From Balanoglossus misakiensis (Eukaryota > Animalia > Hemichordata): a DNA stretch of 64,000 nucleotides. A program made the translations under genes and the position numbers. The stretch spans positions 342,542 through 406,541 of the forward strand of contig CM082583.2 of the NCBI GenBank assembly GCA_040954595.2. Direction: 5' to 3'. This document shows positions 1 through 12,461 of this stretch, piece after piece. The notes under the pieces were generated by a model that saw only the letters and a program-made list of their open reading frames with translations, did not search any database and was not told where the DNA came from. Position 1 is the first letter of the stretch, and each line of letters begins with the position of its first letter.

Positions 1-440
1 CGATACCGGTTTATGGTAACCTTTCATTGGAGGTTGCGCCTGGAAGTCTGCAGTCCATGCTACTAAATCGTCATCGGAGGTCGAGTTTGCAATTCCTTTG
101 TATGTGCCTTGGCCATTTCCGCGTCACTCCAATTGTTGCCTCGAGACACTGCTTCGGCCATTGTTTTAGTAAAGTGAACCTCAACGCTTAATGCAGCGCT
201 TAATGAGACAAACCGCGCCGGCAGAGTGCGTTTAGATCGGCGTTTAGTGCGGTGTTTCTGTTCACACGTGATTTGAATCGCTGTTTAGTGCGGCGCCCCG
301 ACCCAGGTCCCACCCCTCAACACCGTCACAAAAAAGAGCGGCGCAGGGCCGCTCTCACCTTTTCACACGTGGCACTTACAAATTAACGCCGCCCTAGGGC
401 AGCCGCTGGGGCGGCGTTGACGGCACGTGAGAAAGGCACT

Positions 441-583
441 ACAGAAGAGACCAATGTTTAACTGATTGTAACCATAGCAATATACAATCCCCAAACAATG
501 TAGCCACAGAAGAGACCAATGTTTAGCTGATTGTAACCATAGCAATATACAATCCCCAAACAATGTAGCCACAGAAGAGACCA
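441..583. repeat. 65-bp direct repeat, about 2.2 copies (also in the other two units)
   Basis: ACAGAAGAGACCAA recurs at 441, 506 and 571. Confidence 0.9.
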
Positions 584-601
584 AAATCCACAGTTACATA
601 C

Positions 602-724
602 CGCCACATGCATGGCCATCTTCCAGCAGATAGAATCCTGGTCTGCAAGCGCAGAGATAACTACCATGGGTATTCATACAACAGTGTTGACATGCATTTC
701 CACCACTGTGACATTCATTCATAT
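602..724 (-). CDS. Calcium-binding EGF-like domain exon, copy 1 (123 nt, phase 1-1)
   Basis: Acceptor ctccag|AT and donor G|gtatgt. Encodes DMNECHSGGNACQHCCMNTHGSYLCACRPGFYLLEDGHACG, matching the cbEGF pattern D-x-N-E-C...C-x-N-T-x-G-S-Y-x-C-x-C-x-x-G-F. Confidence 0.85.
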
Positions 725-1435
725 CTGGAGGGTCAGTTGCAGGTGCATGGCAGTACAATTGACATGATCCTTTAATTTTACAGTGCAATTATAAGATAAT
801 ACTTACAAATCCTCCAGACATTATTCTGAAGAGAGATATGTATGCTTCCTGGCTGTTATTCATAAACTGGAACTCCACAGTGCGTGAGTTTTGAAACATG
901 GCACCAAGTGATTGATGTGGGGAAAAAATTGACTCCAATCACCATCCCTTGTGCAGGCCAAAGATCATGATATTGCCCTCGCTAACATGTGTTATTATTT
1001 AAATATTTCACCTCTACTTATGCAATGAATTAATGAATACAAAGTGTTGTAGGTCATCCAACACGAGAATGTCACTAACAAAATTATCATTGAGTTTCAA
1101 ATCCCAAGTAACAGTGGACTTATATAGTTTATCACCCAGATGAAATTTTTTATCTAAATCTGCTTCTGTCGTATAAGGTTGCTTTGTTAAGACATACAAA
1201 GGGAAATGATTGCATTGCATGTACACTGTGTGCCTCTGGATGAAAGACCAATCTGTGTACTTCCTTGATGGGTACTACCACACGTTGTTCAGCCAAGCTC
1301 ATAATTTGTGTAATGTGTACCCTCCAAAGATACATCTGGAAGCACCCTAAAAATCAAATCGTTTATCGAAAAATGCTCACTATCCAACATGATCCAACCA
1401 CAATAACCCCATTGACCTACAGTCAATTGTTTTAA

Positions 1436-4400
1436 CACTTTCACTGCGTAGTTAATATATGCTAATGTATTCCTGTGCGTAGTTTCCTATGGTAAATTTA
1501 ACTAATAAACAATGTTTTACTTTACCCTCTCTATCTCTTGTAATATGAAAGTATATGCAATGATATTTCCAGCAAGTATATTTTATAAGACAACCAACAT
1601 AATAAAACTGTAAAATGGTCACATGACCATTAATTGGTCATGTGACACTGGCAGCCATAATGGATTTCTGTCGAAATATGGTAAAAACAACATATATTGT
1701 AATATAAGTGACTGAAATACTGTATTTAATTCATTGTATCACAGCTGACAGACAAACATAGTCAAAAACAACTTCCCCCTGTATAAAAGGGAATAACAAG
1801 TGACTTTTGAGCAAGAAATTTGATCAAATTTATTAATGGACCATAAAAACAATTATCAAATCATGCCCACCATTTACATGTATACATGTTTAAAATCTGA
1901 GAAAGAAATATAGATTATTAGTGAAAAGGTGAATGATTGAACTTGTAAATAAATAATAATAATAAAATAAATTAAATATAGCTGCAAGCAGCAATAGCGG
2001 GCCCAAGCCAACATGCACATAGCAACATAGCAGTAAGCATATCTGCTCTTGATGCCAAGATATGGTAAAGTAGGTCGAAGGTCAACTGAGGTCATGTTAT
2101 ATTTGGGCAAGAAATGTTTACCGTATACTGGTCCATGTTCAACAAAAACCAAACCTATAGCCCTATTGGTTAGCCTGGAATTAGGTATGCACATAATTAA
2201 TGAGATATGCAGGTGTAACAGGTGACCCCCAATTTTGGCTTTTCAATATTAGTCCCAACCCTCCAAACGCCAAGTCTGTACCTGCTCTGGATGCCAAGAT
2301 ATGGTAAAGTAGGTCGAAGGTCAACTGAGGTCATGTTATATTTGGGCAAGAAATTTTTACCGTATACTGGTCCATGTTCAACAAAAACCAAACCTATAGC
2401 CCTATTGGTTAGCCTGGAATTAGGTATGCACATAATTAATGAGATATGCAGGTGTCACAGGTGACCCCCAATTTTGGCTTTTCAATTTTAGTCCCAACCC
2501 TCCAAACGCCAAGTCTGTACCTGCTCTGGATGCCAAGATCTGGTAAAGTAGGTCAAAGGTCACCTGAGGTCATGCAAAATTTGGGCAAGAAATTTTGACC
2601 CTATACTGGTCCCTGTTCAACAGAAACCAAACCTATAGCCCTATTGGTTAGCCTGGAATTAGGTATGCACATAATTAATGAGGTAGGCAGGTGTCACAGG
2701 TGACCCCCAATTTTGGCTTTTTAATTTTAGTCCCAACCCTCCAAACGCCAAGTCTGTACCTGCTCTGGATGCCAAGATCTGGTAAAGTAGGTCAAAGGTC
2801 ACCTGAGGTCATGCAAAATTGGGGCAAGAAATTTTGACCCTATACTGGTCCATGTTCAACAAAAACCAAACCTATAGCCCTATTGGTTAGCCTGGAATTA
2901 GGTATGCACATAATTAATGAGATATGCAGGTGTCACAGGTGAGCCCAAAATTTTGCCTTTTATTTTGGTCCCATTCTGCTCACTGGCCAATAGACAGTCA
3001 CTTTACAGGACCATTGCACAGACCAGAATTCCACAATAAGGCGTGGACATAGCTTTACTATGGAGGTATAAGTTAAGGTATAAATTTAATAAAAAATTAA
3101 TATAAAAAAATCGGTCGATTTTTCATATTATTTTTTTTCGCTTAAAATTATTGACAAAAGCTAGGCTAGCTGCACACCAAAGTTGGAGATGATTGGCCTA
3201 ACAAATTTTGAGATATGTATGCATATTTATCCAAAATAATCTGTGGTCATGGCTTAACTATGTAAAGTATAGGCCCATGGCTTGGGCGAAAAATATGGAA
3301 AATAATACTTAAAAATCTTCTTCTCAAAATTGACATGGCTTATGGCCTTGACATTTGGCATGTAGAACCCTGGCCATATGATCCACAAAGCATCTGAACA
3401 GAATTTTGATATCTCCATTCATATGCAAATTAGGCCAAACTGAATATTTTGCCCATATATGGTCATCAGGTCACATGACAAATTACACATTCACAAGGGT
3501 ACTGCACCAGCTCTCATAGGCCTGCACCATTGTGCCAACTTTGAAATTTGTAGGTTCAGCCGTTTTCAAGATCTAGCTGGACAAAAAAACGACACAAGAA
3601 GAAGAAGAAGAAGTAGAAGAAAAAACCCAGTAATACCAATAGGGCCCAAGCCTGCTGGGCTTGGGCCCTAATTAAGTAATTTATTAAATACTCTACGTTT
3701 TAATGAATTGCAAGTTGAAGAAATCAAGGTTGGTAAATATGAATATACACACATTTAAAAAAAATTCATTAGCATAGTACTGTTTTGGCAATTCATTTCA
3801 AATGGATATAATACTCTGACAACATAGACTTCTGGCAAAGTCCCATCAAGATTTGCAAAGAAACCTACGCCTTCATTTAATTCAGTGAAGTAGGCATCTA
3901 GCGAAATCTTGACCGTAAGGGCAACTCATCAATTGCAGGGTTGTCAAAAAATTGTGCGGTGTACATATCAGTTTGCTCTGACAATGACATCAACTCAAAC
4001 ACATCACCAGGAAAGAACAGCTGAAAAAAGTCAACCGGTGCAAAGTCATCAGTGTCAACTAATAAACCTTAGCGATGATCGTATACAGACAACCAGTCCG
4101 GTGTGTAATTGTCATTTACGTCATACAAAACCCACCGCGTGTCACCATCAACGTTACGACGTCCGAGAACATGACAAAAACCCTCCCTCTCTCTCTGTCT
4201 CTACTCTGTTGTCTCCGTGTCTGGCTTCTATTTCTGGTTCTATGATGTTGTTGTCCGTAATTTGGCTTCCGCTATCGCTATGATCGCTGTCACTATCCTG
4301 AAAGACTTATTCAAGAACTTCGTCGGCATCAAACTTTGCCCATGTCGCCATTTTTAAATACCAAGTGAATGAAAAAATATGATCGGGGCGACCTAAAATC

Positions 4401-4629
4401 AGCTGTATAAGGAAACCCTTTGATGACAAAATCGACTTGATTGTTTACAATACATATGCGCATGCTCAATTAGGGTTGACCCCTGTCCTATATATAGTCA
4501 TACAAAATGAGTAAATAAGCAACGAACATAAAATAGAACAGACCAAGTAACGGACGCGATCTTGGCGCATTTATGCGCCTCCCGCATTCTGACTGCCGGC
4601 GCAGAAAATGCCCTCCCGCAGCGAAAGTG
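1436..4629 (-). mobile_element. piggyBac deletion derivative, copy 1 (with nested insertion)
   Basis: TTAA at 1432-1435 and 4630-4633. 13-bp TIR CACTTTC(A/G)CTGCG. The empty site TCAATTGTTTTAATTAGTTA is present in the other two repeat units. Transposase remnant on the minus strand at about 3805-4351. Confidence 0.93.
1976..3669 (-). mobile_element. Non-autonomous Helentron-type (HINE/DINE-1-like) element nested in piggyBac
   Basis: Absent from the second piggyBac copy (near 16580). 5' hairpin AGGGCCCAAGCC-N5-GGCTTGGGCCCT at 3641-3669, then a (CTT)n tract, about 3.8 central ~240-bp repeats (2040-2960), a 3' sub-terminal repeat at 1999-2009 and stem-loop GCTGC-N2-GCAGC at 1981-1992. Confidence 0.8.
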
Positions 4630-4662
4630 TTAATTAGTTATTTGTATGTGAGCTGTACACAC

Positions 4663-4831
4663 CTCTTGCCATTCCAAGGCTCCGTGCCAAACAACACTTT
4701 TCTGCTGTTGTTGTTGTTGTTGTTTTTGTTGTTGTGGATCAACTTGCTGCTGGTGAGTCAACTTGATGCACTTGAGCTGTAGAGGGCACTGGTATGTCCA
4801 GATCCATCGGTAGTGAAGTACTGGTATTATC
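4663..4831 (-). pseudogene. MED25: MED25-like exon (start of ACID/PTOV domain), duplicate copy
   Basis: Same as 9033-9201: ttacag|GAT ... KSVVWHGALEWQE|gtgtgt. Confidence 0.65.
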
Positions 4832-4939
4832 CTGTAATAACACATACAAATCATGACTGTAAATAATTCTGTATTATATTATATCATGCTACCGTCCACA
4901 ATTCTGATTGGATGAGAGCTCAATCCAGCGATGCTAAAA

Positions 4940-5260
4940 TTAAGCAATAAAACACCCCCAGCCATGGTATACCACGAGATTTTGACCAGTTCACAACATA
5001 TACGCACTCGCTATCGCTTGTGCGTATATGGAGTTGAACTGATCAAAATCGAGTGGTATACCATGGCTGGGGGTGTTTTATTGCTATTATATTATGCCGT
5101 TATATTGAAACTTTGCATAAAACATTTTAAAAAGGCATTTTCTTTGACTATGATATATGACTGTGGTATATTGCTAATATATCACGGTCACGTGTCGTGT
5201 CTCGACCAATCAAATTGCGTGATTTACACCATCAATATACTGGTATAATATAATACTCAA
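4940..5260 (-). mobile_element. Short element with a ~145-bp terminal palindrome (copies at about 7125-7445 and 9310-9630; inverted copy at about 10733-11047)
   Basis: TAAGCAATAAAACACCCCCAGCCATGGTATACCAC...GTGGTATACCATGGCTGGGGGTGTTTTATTGCTA fold-back. A dispersed reverse-complement copy lies at 10733-11047. Superfamily not determined. Confidence 0.75.
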
Positions 5261-5984
5261 TAATGCACTGCTGAACTAGCATATGGCAGCAAAAATGTGC
5301 GGTTAAACCACAGTCGCGCGTGTTTAAATCAAATAAATAAAACAAAAATAAGACGCCGATTTCATGGGCATTTGAATGAACCGATACCGGTTTATGGTAA
5401 CCTTTCATTGGAGGTTGCGCCTGGAAGTCTGCAGTCCATGCTACTAAATCGTCGTCGGAGGTCGAGTTTGCAATTCCTTTGTATGTGCCTTGGCCATTTC
5501 CGCGTCACTCCAATTGTTGCCTCGAGACACTGCTTCGGCCATTTTTTTAGTAAAGTGAACCTCAACGCTTAATGCAGCGCTTAATGAGACAAACCGCGTC
5601 AGCAGAGTGCGTTTAGATCGGCGTTTAGTGCGGTGTTTCTGTTCACACGTGATTTGAATCGCTGTTTAGTGCGACGCCCCGACCCAGGTCCCACCCCTCA
5701 ACACCGTCACAAAAAAAAGAGCGGCGCAGGGCCGCTCTCACCTTTTCACACGTGGCACTTACAAATTAACGCCGCCCTAGGGCAGCCGCTGGGGCGGCGT
5801 TGACGGCACATGAGAAAGGCACTACAGAAGAGACCAATGTTTAGCTGATTGTAACCATAGCAATATACAATCCCCAAACAATGTAGCCACAGAAGAGACC
5901 AATGTTTAGCTGATTGTAACCATAGCAATATACAATCCCCAAACAATGTAGCCACAGAAGAGACCAAAATCCACAGTTACATAC

Positions 5985-6107
5985 CGCCACATGCATGGCC
6001 ATCTTCCAGCAGATAGAATCCTGGTCTGCAAGCGCAGAGATAACTACCATGGGTATTCATACAACAGTGTTGACATGCATTTCCACCACTGTGACATTCA
6101 TTCATAT
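5985..6107 (-). CDS. Calcium-binding EGF-like exon, copy 2
   Basis: Same translation and splice sites as 602-724. Confidence 0.85.
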
Positions 6108-6847
6108 CTGGAGGGTCAGTTGCAGGTGCATGGCAGTACAATTGACATGATCCTTTAATTTTACAGTGCAATTATAAGATAATACTTACAAATCCTCCAG
6201 ACATTATTCTGAAGAGAGATATGTATGCTTCCTGGCTGTTATTCATAAACTGGAACTCCACAGTGCGTGAGTTTTGAAACATGGCACCAAGTGATTGATG
6301 TGGGGAAAAAATTGACTCCAATCACCATCCCTTGTGCAGGCCAAAGATCATGATATTGCCCTTGCTAACATGTGTTATTATTTAAATATTTCACCTCTAC
6401 TTATGCAATGAATTAATGAATACAAAGTGTTGTAGGTCATCCAACACGAGAATGTCACTAACAAAATTATCATTGAGTTTCAAATCCCAAGTAACAGTGG
6501 ACTTATATAGTTTATCACCCAGATGAAATTTTTTATCTAAATCTGCTTCTGTCGTATAAGGTTGCTTTGTTAAGACATACAAAGGGAAATGATTGCATTG
6601 CATGTACACTGTGTGCCTCTGGATGAAAGACCAATCTGTGTACTTCCTTGATGGGTACTACCACACGTTGTTCAGCCAAGCTCATAATTTGTGTAATGTG
6701 TACCCTCCAAAGATACATCTGGAAGCACCCTAAAAATCAAATCGTTTATCGAAAAATGCTCACTATCCAACATGATCCAACCACAATAACCCCATTGACC
6801 TACAGTCAATTGTTTTAATTAGTTATTTGTATGTGAGCTGTACACAC

Positions 6848-7016
6848 CTCTTGCCATTCCAAGGCTCCGTGCCAAACAACACTTTTCTGCTGTTGTTGTT
6901 GTTGTTGTTTTTGTTGTTGTGGATCAACTTGCTGCTGGTGAGTCAACTTGATGCACTTGAGCTGTAGAGGGCACTGGTATGTCCAGATCCATCGGTAGTG
7001 AAGTACTGGTATTATC
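6848..7016 (-). pseudogene. MED25: MED25-like ACID-start exon, duplicate copy
   Basis: Copy of 9033-9201 at -2185. Confidence 0.65.
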
Positions 7017-8169
7017 CTGTAATAACACATACAAATCATGACTGTAAATAATTCTGTATTATATTATATCATGCTACCGTCCACAATTCTGATTGGATGA
7101 GAGCTCAATCCAGCGATGCTAAAATTAAGCAATAAAACACCCCCAGCCATGGTATACCACGAGATTTTGACCAGTTCACAACATATACGCACTCGCTATC
7201 GCTTGTGCGTATATGGAGTTGAACTGATCAAAATCGAGTGGTATACCATGGCTGGGGGTGTTTTATTGCTATTATATTATGCCGTTATATTGAAACTTTG
7301 CATAAAACATTTTAAAAAGGCATTTTCTTTGACTATGATATATGACTGTGGTATATTGCTAATATATCACGGTCACGTGTCGTGTCTCGACCAATCAAAT
7401 TGCGTGATTTACACCATCAATATACTGGTATAATATAATACTCAATAATGCACTGCTGAACTAGCATATGGCAGCAAAAATGTGCGGTTAAACCACAGTC
7501 GCGCGTGTTTAAATCAAATAAATAAAACAAAAATAAGACGCCGATTTCATGGGCATTTGAATGAACCGATACCGGTTTATGGTAACCTTTCATTGGAGGT
7601 TGCGCCTGGAAGTCTGCAGTCCATGCTACTAAATCGTCGTCGGAGGTCGAGTTTGCAATTCCTTTGTATGTGCCTTGGCCATTTCCGCGTCACTCCAATT
7701 GTTGCCTCGAGACACTGCTTCGGCCATTTTTTTAGTAAAGTGAACCTCAACGCTTAATGCAGCGCTTAATGAGACAAACCGCGTCAGCAGAGTGCGTTTA
7801 GATCGGCGTTTAGTGCGGTGTTTCTGTTCACACGTGATTTGAATCGCTGTTTAGTGCGACGCCCCGACCCAGGTCCCACCCCTCAACACCGTCACAAAAA
7901 AAAGAGCGGCGCAGGGCCGCTCTCACCTTTTCACACGTGGCACTTACAAATTAACGCCGCCCTAGGGCAGCCGCTGGGGCGGCGTTGACGGCACATGAGA
8001 AAGGCACTACAGAAGAGACCAATGTTTAGCTGATTGTAACCATAGCAATATACAATCCCCAAACAATGTAGCCACAGAAGAGACCAATGTTTAGCTGATT
8101 GTAACCATAGCAATATACAATCCCCAAACAATGTAGCCACAGAAGAGACCAAAATCCACAGTTACATAC

Positions 8170-8292
8170 CGCCACATGCATGGCCATCTTCCAGCAGATA
8201 GAATCCTGGTCTGCAAGCGCAGAGATAACTACCATGGGTATTCATACAACAGTGTTGACATGCATTTCCACCACTGTGACATTCATTCATAT
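8170..8292 (-). CDS. Calcium-binding EGF-like exon, copy 3
   Basis: Same translation and splice sites as 602-724. Confidence 0.85.
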
Positions 8293-9032
8293 CTGGAGGG
8301 TCAGTTGCAGGTGCATGGCAGTACAATTGACATGATCCTTTAATTTTACAGTGCAATTATAAGATAATACTTACAAATCCTCCAGACATTATTCTGAAGA
8401 GAGATATGTATGCTTCCTGGCTGTTATTCATAAACTGGAACTCCACAGTGCGTGAGTTTTGAAACATGGCACCAAGTGATTGATGTGGGGAAAAAATTGA
8501 CTCCAATCACCATCCCTTGTGCAGGCCAAAGATCATGATATTGCCCTTGCTAACATGTGTTATTATTTAAATATTTCACCTCTACTTATGCAATGAATTA
8601 ATGAATACAAAGTGTTGTAGGTCATCCAACACGAGAATGTCACTAACAAAATTATCATTGAGTTTCAAATCCCAAGTAACAGTGGACTTATATAGTTTAT
8701 CACCCAGATGAAATTTTTTATCTAAATCTGCTTCTGTCGTATAAGGTTGCTTTGTTAAGACATACAAAGGGAAATGATTGCATTGCATGTACACTGTGTG
8801 CCTCTGGATGAAAGACCAATCTGTGTACTTCCTTGATGGGTACTACCACACGTTGTTCAGCCAAGCTCATAATTTGTGTAATGTGTACCCTCCAAAGATA
8901 CATCTGGAAGCACCCTAAAAATCAAATCGTTTATCGAAAAATGCTCACTATCCAACATGATCCAACCACAATAACCCCATTGACCTACAGTCAATTGTTT
9001 TAATTAGTTATTTGTATGTGAGCTGTACACAC

Positions 9033-9201
9033 CTCTTGCCATTCCAAGGCTCCGTGCCAAACAACACTTTTCTGCTGTTGTTGTTGTTGTTGTTTTTGTT
9101 GTTGTGGATCAACTTGCTGCTGGTGAGTCAACTTGATGCACTTGAGCTGTAGAGGGCACTGGTATGTCCAGATCCATCGGTAGTGAAGTACTGGTATTAT
9201 C
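9033..9201 (-). pseudogene. MED25: MED25-like exon: polyQ plus start of ACID/PTOV domain
   Basis: Ends QQQQQQQKSVVWHGALEWQE|gt, resembling MED25 AWSGVLEWQE. The phase-0 reading from the acceptor (DNTSTSLPMD...) hits TGA, so a frameshift is needed to reach the conserved motif. Confidence 0.7.
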
Positions 9202-9247
9202 CTGTAATAACACATACAAATCATGACTGTACATAATTCTGTATTAT

Positions 9248-10098
9248 ATTATATCATGCTACCGTCCACAATTCTGATTGGATGAGAGCTCAATCCAGCG
9301 ATGCTAAAATTAAGCAATAAAACACCCCCAGCCATGGTATACCACGAGATTTTGACCAGTTCACAACATATACGCACGAGCGATAGCGAGTGCGTATATG
9401 GAGTTGAACTGATCAAAATCGAGTGGTATACCATGGCTGGGGGTGTTTTATTGCTATTATATTATGCCGTTATATTGAAACTTTGCATAAAACATTTTAA
9501 AAAGGCATTTTCTTTGACTATGATATATGACTGTGGTATATTGCTAATATATCACGGTCACGTGTCGTGTCTCGACCAATCAAATAGCGTGATTTACACC
9601 ATCAATATACTGGTATAATATAATACTCAATAATGCACTGCTGAACTAGCATATGGCAGCAAAAATGTGCGGTTAAACCACAGTCGCGCATGTTTAAATC
9701 AAATAAATAAAACAAAAATACTGTTGAATGAACAGATGTTTCATTTTGGAACTGCTCTGTGAAAATATTTGTCACTTTGTCACGCGCGATGCCCGTCTTG
9801 TCACTTTTTGTCGTCTGCTTCATGTTTAATGCTCGATCCCGGCCGCTCGTGTTTACATTCATCGTCGTTATGTTAGTTCACGATCGTAATTTCAGTTTCG
9901 GTAAGAAAATGACACTGATATGCCACAAAAACAATTGTTGATATAATATAATGGCAATAACCCCCGCCTCAGTCGGGTATACACTTGATTTGGGTACAAT
10001 TTCCTCCATATAGCACTCGCCTGACGGCTCGTGCTATATGTCTCGAATTGTACCCAAATATCGCGTATACCCGCCTTCAGTGGGGGTTATTGCTTAAA
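9248..10098 (+). mobile_element. Element ending in a long imperfect palindrome (9955-10095), hosting the 9310-9630 element
   Basis: GCAATAACCCCC...GCACTCGCCTGACGGCTCGTGC...GGGGGTTATTGCTTAA. Same architecture and terminal TTATTGCTTAA as the 10733-11047 element. The triplication breakpoint (9720) falls inside it. Confidence 0.55.
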
Positions 10099-10574
10099 TA
10101 TCAATCACATGATCTGGCCATGTGACACAAAGCATTGTCATTTCCAGGTAATGGGAAAACAATATTGTGGTATCCCGTATAATATTTTTCCATATGTGTT
10201 TATACTTTAGAACCACCAGACAGGTAACATGTATCAGTCATGGTGCCTCAACAGCATCTTGGCATTCGTCTGCACAGTCGTCATTTGCACCACATTGCTG
10301 AAATTCCCCGTTAGCTGGAAATTTGAATGCCAACGGAACTGCGTCTGATGTCATTGATATCAAAGAAAATCTTTATCTACTGGTCATCCAATGTCCTCAG
10401 TTAAGACATCAAGCTGCCATCTTCTGATGTCATGTTAGGTAACAAATTATACAAATGCAGTTCTATTAAAATACTGAAAAGTGATAAAATGTCACTTGCC
10501 AGGCAAAAGGGATAGATGGGTATTATAACTCAGTTCATAACATAACATACCAATGACTGGTTTTGTACATGTAC

Positions 10575-10698
10575 TTGTGGCTGTGTCAGAGTTCGAACAA
10601 CATTGACATTGGTGCCAGTGGTGACAGGTGGATTCTTGCTAGCAGCTCACATTAGGTACTGTCGGTTGTGTTGACTGCACTCCTGTTTGCATCGATGA
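10575..10698 (-). pseudogene. MED25: MED25-like low-complexity exon (frameshifted)
   Basis: atgcag|TCA...CAA|gtacat. SSMQTGVQSTQPTVPNV then a stop unless shifted to AASKNPPVTTGTNVNVVRTLTQPQ. Assigned by position between MED25-like exons. Confidence 0.45.
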
Positions 10699-10732
10699 CT
10701 GCATAAGTAAACAGAGTAGTATTAAATCGTTA

Positions 10733-11047
10733 TTATAGTATACCAGTATATTGATGGTGTAAATCACGCTATTTTATTGGTCGAGACACGACACGTGACT
10801 GTGATATATTAGTCATATACCACAGTTATTTATCATAGTCAAAGAAAATGCCTTTTTAAAATGTTTTATGCAAAGTTTCAATATACTGGCATGATATAAT
10901 AGCAATAAAACACCCCCAGCCATGGTATACCACTCGATTTTGACCAGTTCAACTCCATATACGCACTCGCTATCACTCGTGCGTATATGTCATGAACTGG
11001 TCAAAATCTCGTGATATACCATGGCTGGGAGTGTTTTATTGCTTAAA
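10733..11047 (+). mobile_element. Palindrome-ended element, inverted copy of 9310-9630
   Basis: Reverse complement of about 9310-9630 with scattered substitutions; palindrome at 10901-11045. Confidence 0.8.
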
Positions 11048-11680
11048 TAACTCCAACATTAACTTTGGATATCAGCCGTGATGTCTTATTCTACTCTGTA
11101 AAACATTAAGAATTACCGTAATCACGCCAATAATTCAACCAGAAACAAATGGCTGGAAATTCACAGTAGGCAATTACGCACTGGTCCAACACTTCGAGGT
11201 TATAGAATAATTAATTATCGAAAGAATAGTGGAAGGTCGAACTAATGACACGGTTGAACAGATGGCACGATCAAGGTACTCAGAGTTTGGTTTTCAAACA
11301 ATGGTGTTCTACATATTGTTCAACATTGTTATTGTTGAAAAATAAATTCTAGTCTGAGTTCATTTAATATACACAATGCCCATTACTCATGTACAAGTTC
11401 TGTTGAAAAGCTAAAGACTGAACATTTCATAAAGCTATCCAGAGCTGAACAAGAAACTAGGGTTAATTCCTTCAGTGAAAAATACTGAAAAAAAAAACAA
11501 ATGTTAATTTGCCTTTAGCAGTTAGCAGAAAATGTCACCAAAATTTTACCATGACATTGGCGTATTATACCATTGATAGGAGAATATGAAAAGGGGAACT
11601 TGAATATTTTTTTCCTCAGGTTTTGGCAAAGTATAATCAAACCAATCGAAATGACTGCAGTGGCAACATAACATATTTGA

Positions 11681-11842
11681 CAGTCAAATCTGTGTTTGTT
11701 TCCACCACTATATAGTGGCCACTTTGTTTCAATTCATGTACATGTACATTGCACATTAATTGACCCGTCTATAGAAGCCACCTGTCTATAAATGCCAGTT
11801 TAGGAAAGTCCCTTGACTGGCCAGTATAGACAGGTTTGACTG
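11681..11842. mobile_element. Degenerate Tc1/pogo-type MITE
   Basis: CAGTCAAATCTGT at 11681 and ACAGGTTTGACTG-TA near 11842. Confidence 0.5.
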
Positions 11843-11849
11843 TACCTAC

Positions 11850-12030
11850 CTCTTTGTGGCTGTGAATCAGTACCTGACCATCTCTAGGGTTTGGAGTTGA
11901 TAGGATTCACATCAGCAATTGGTGGAGTCTTACTGAACTGACTAGCATTTGCCATTTGCATGACACCTTCTACGGCTTTCAGTGCAGCAGCTGGTGCCTG
12001 CTGGGAAGTCATCTTTGGTGGTGAAATTGC
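11850..12030 (-). pseudogene. MED25: MED25-like exon (SD1-like segment) with in-frame stop
   Basis: ttggacag|GCA. Reads AISPPKMTSQQAPAAALKAVEGVMQMANASQFSKTPP..., resembling MED25 AAQVAAQNAVEAA, then TAG before the donor G|gtaggt. Confidence 0.55.
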
Positions 12031-12461
12031 CTGTCCAAAAAGAGTAACAAACCTAGTTAGTATGGAGCATTATCAAGGCCAGTATTCAAACCACCATGTT
12101 TAATTCATGACTTCCAATTTTTAATTCGATGTTGAACTTGCAACTCTTGAAGTCCCATTTTCAACACACACACCGACATTTGGACAGGATTGGGTTTAGG
12201 CTATTCACATTAATCTCATTAAAATTGGAATTGATCTCTGAGTCTGTGGCATTATCCAAATAAGTCTTTGCATTGACAGAGTGGGCTTCTAGCAACCAAA
12301 ACAGAAGTTTTGAATGTGTTTTGAAAAAAATAGTCTACTTTAAAGGCAATGGTAAGACAAGGCTATGTGAAACAGTCAAAAAAAGCTTTCAATTCACAGG
12401 ATGGGTAACTAGAAACAGCTAATTTAAATCTCATAAAGTAGAAGATAGACCACAAGTGTAC

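Larger units (their letters stand above)
1..9720. repeat. Tandem segmental triplication, 2,185-bp unit (units: <1-5350 interrupted by piggyBac, 5351-7535, 7536-9720)
   Basis: Identical ORF set recurs at +2185 (e.g. 5977/8162, 6397/8582, 6815/9000). The junction AACAAAAATA|AGACGCC is at 5350/5351 and 7535/7536; the array ends at 9720 (AACAAAAATA|CTGTTG). Confidence 0.97.

Noticed and set aside
807-1335. Assigning a domain (ZP, fibulin C-terminal, EMI) to the segment next to the EGF exon
   Set aside because: Splice-like ends are present but all frames contain stops and no motif match was convincing.
3909-4283. 124-aa ORF duplicated at 15968-16342
   Set aside because: Antisense shadow of the piggyBac transposase remnant.
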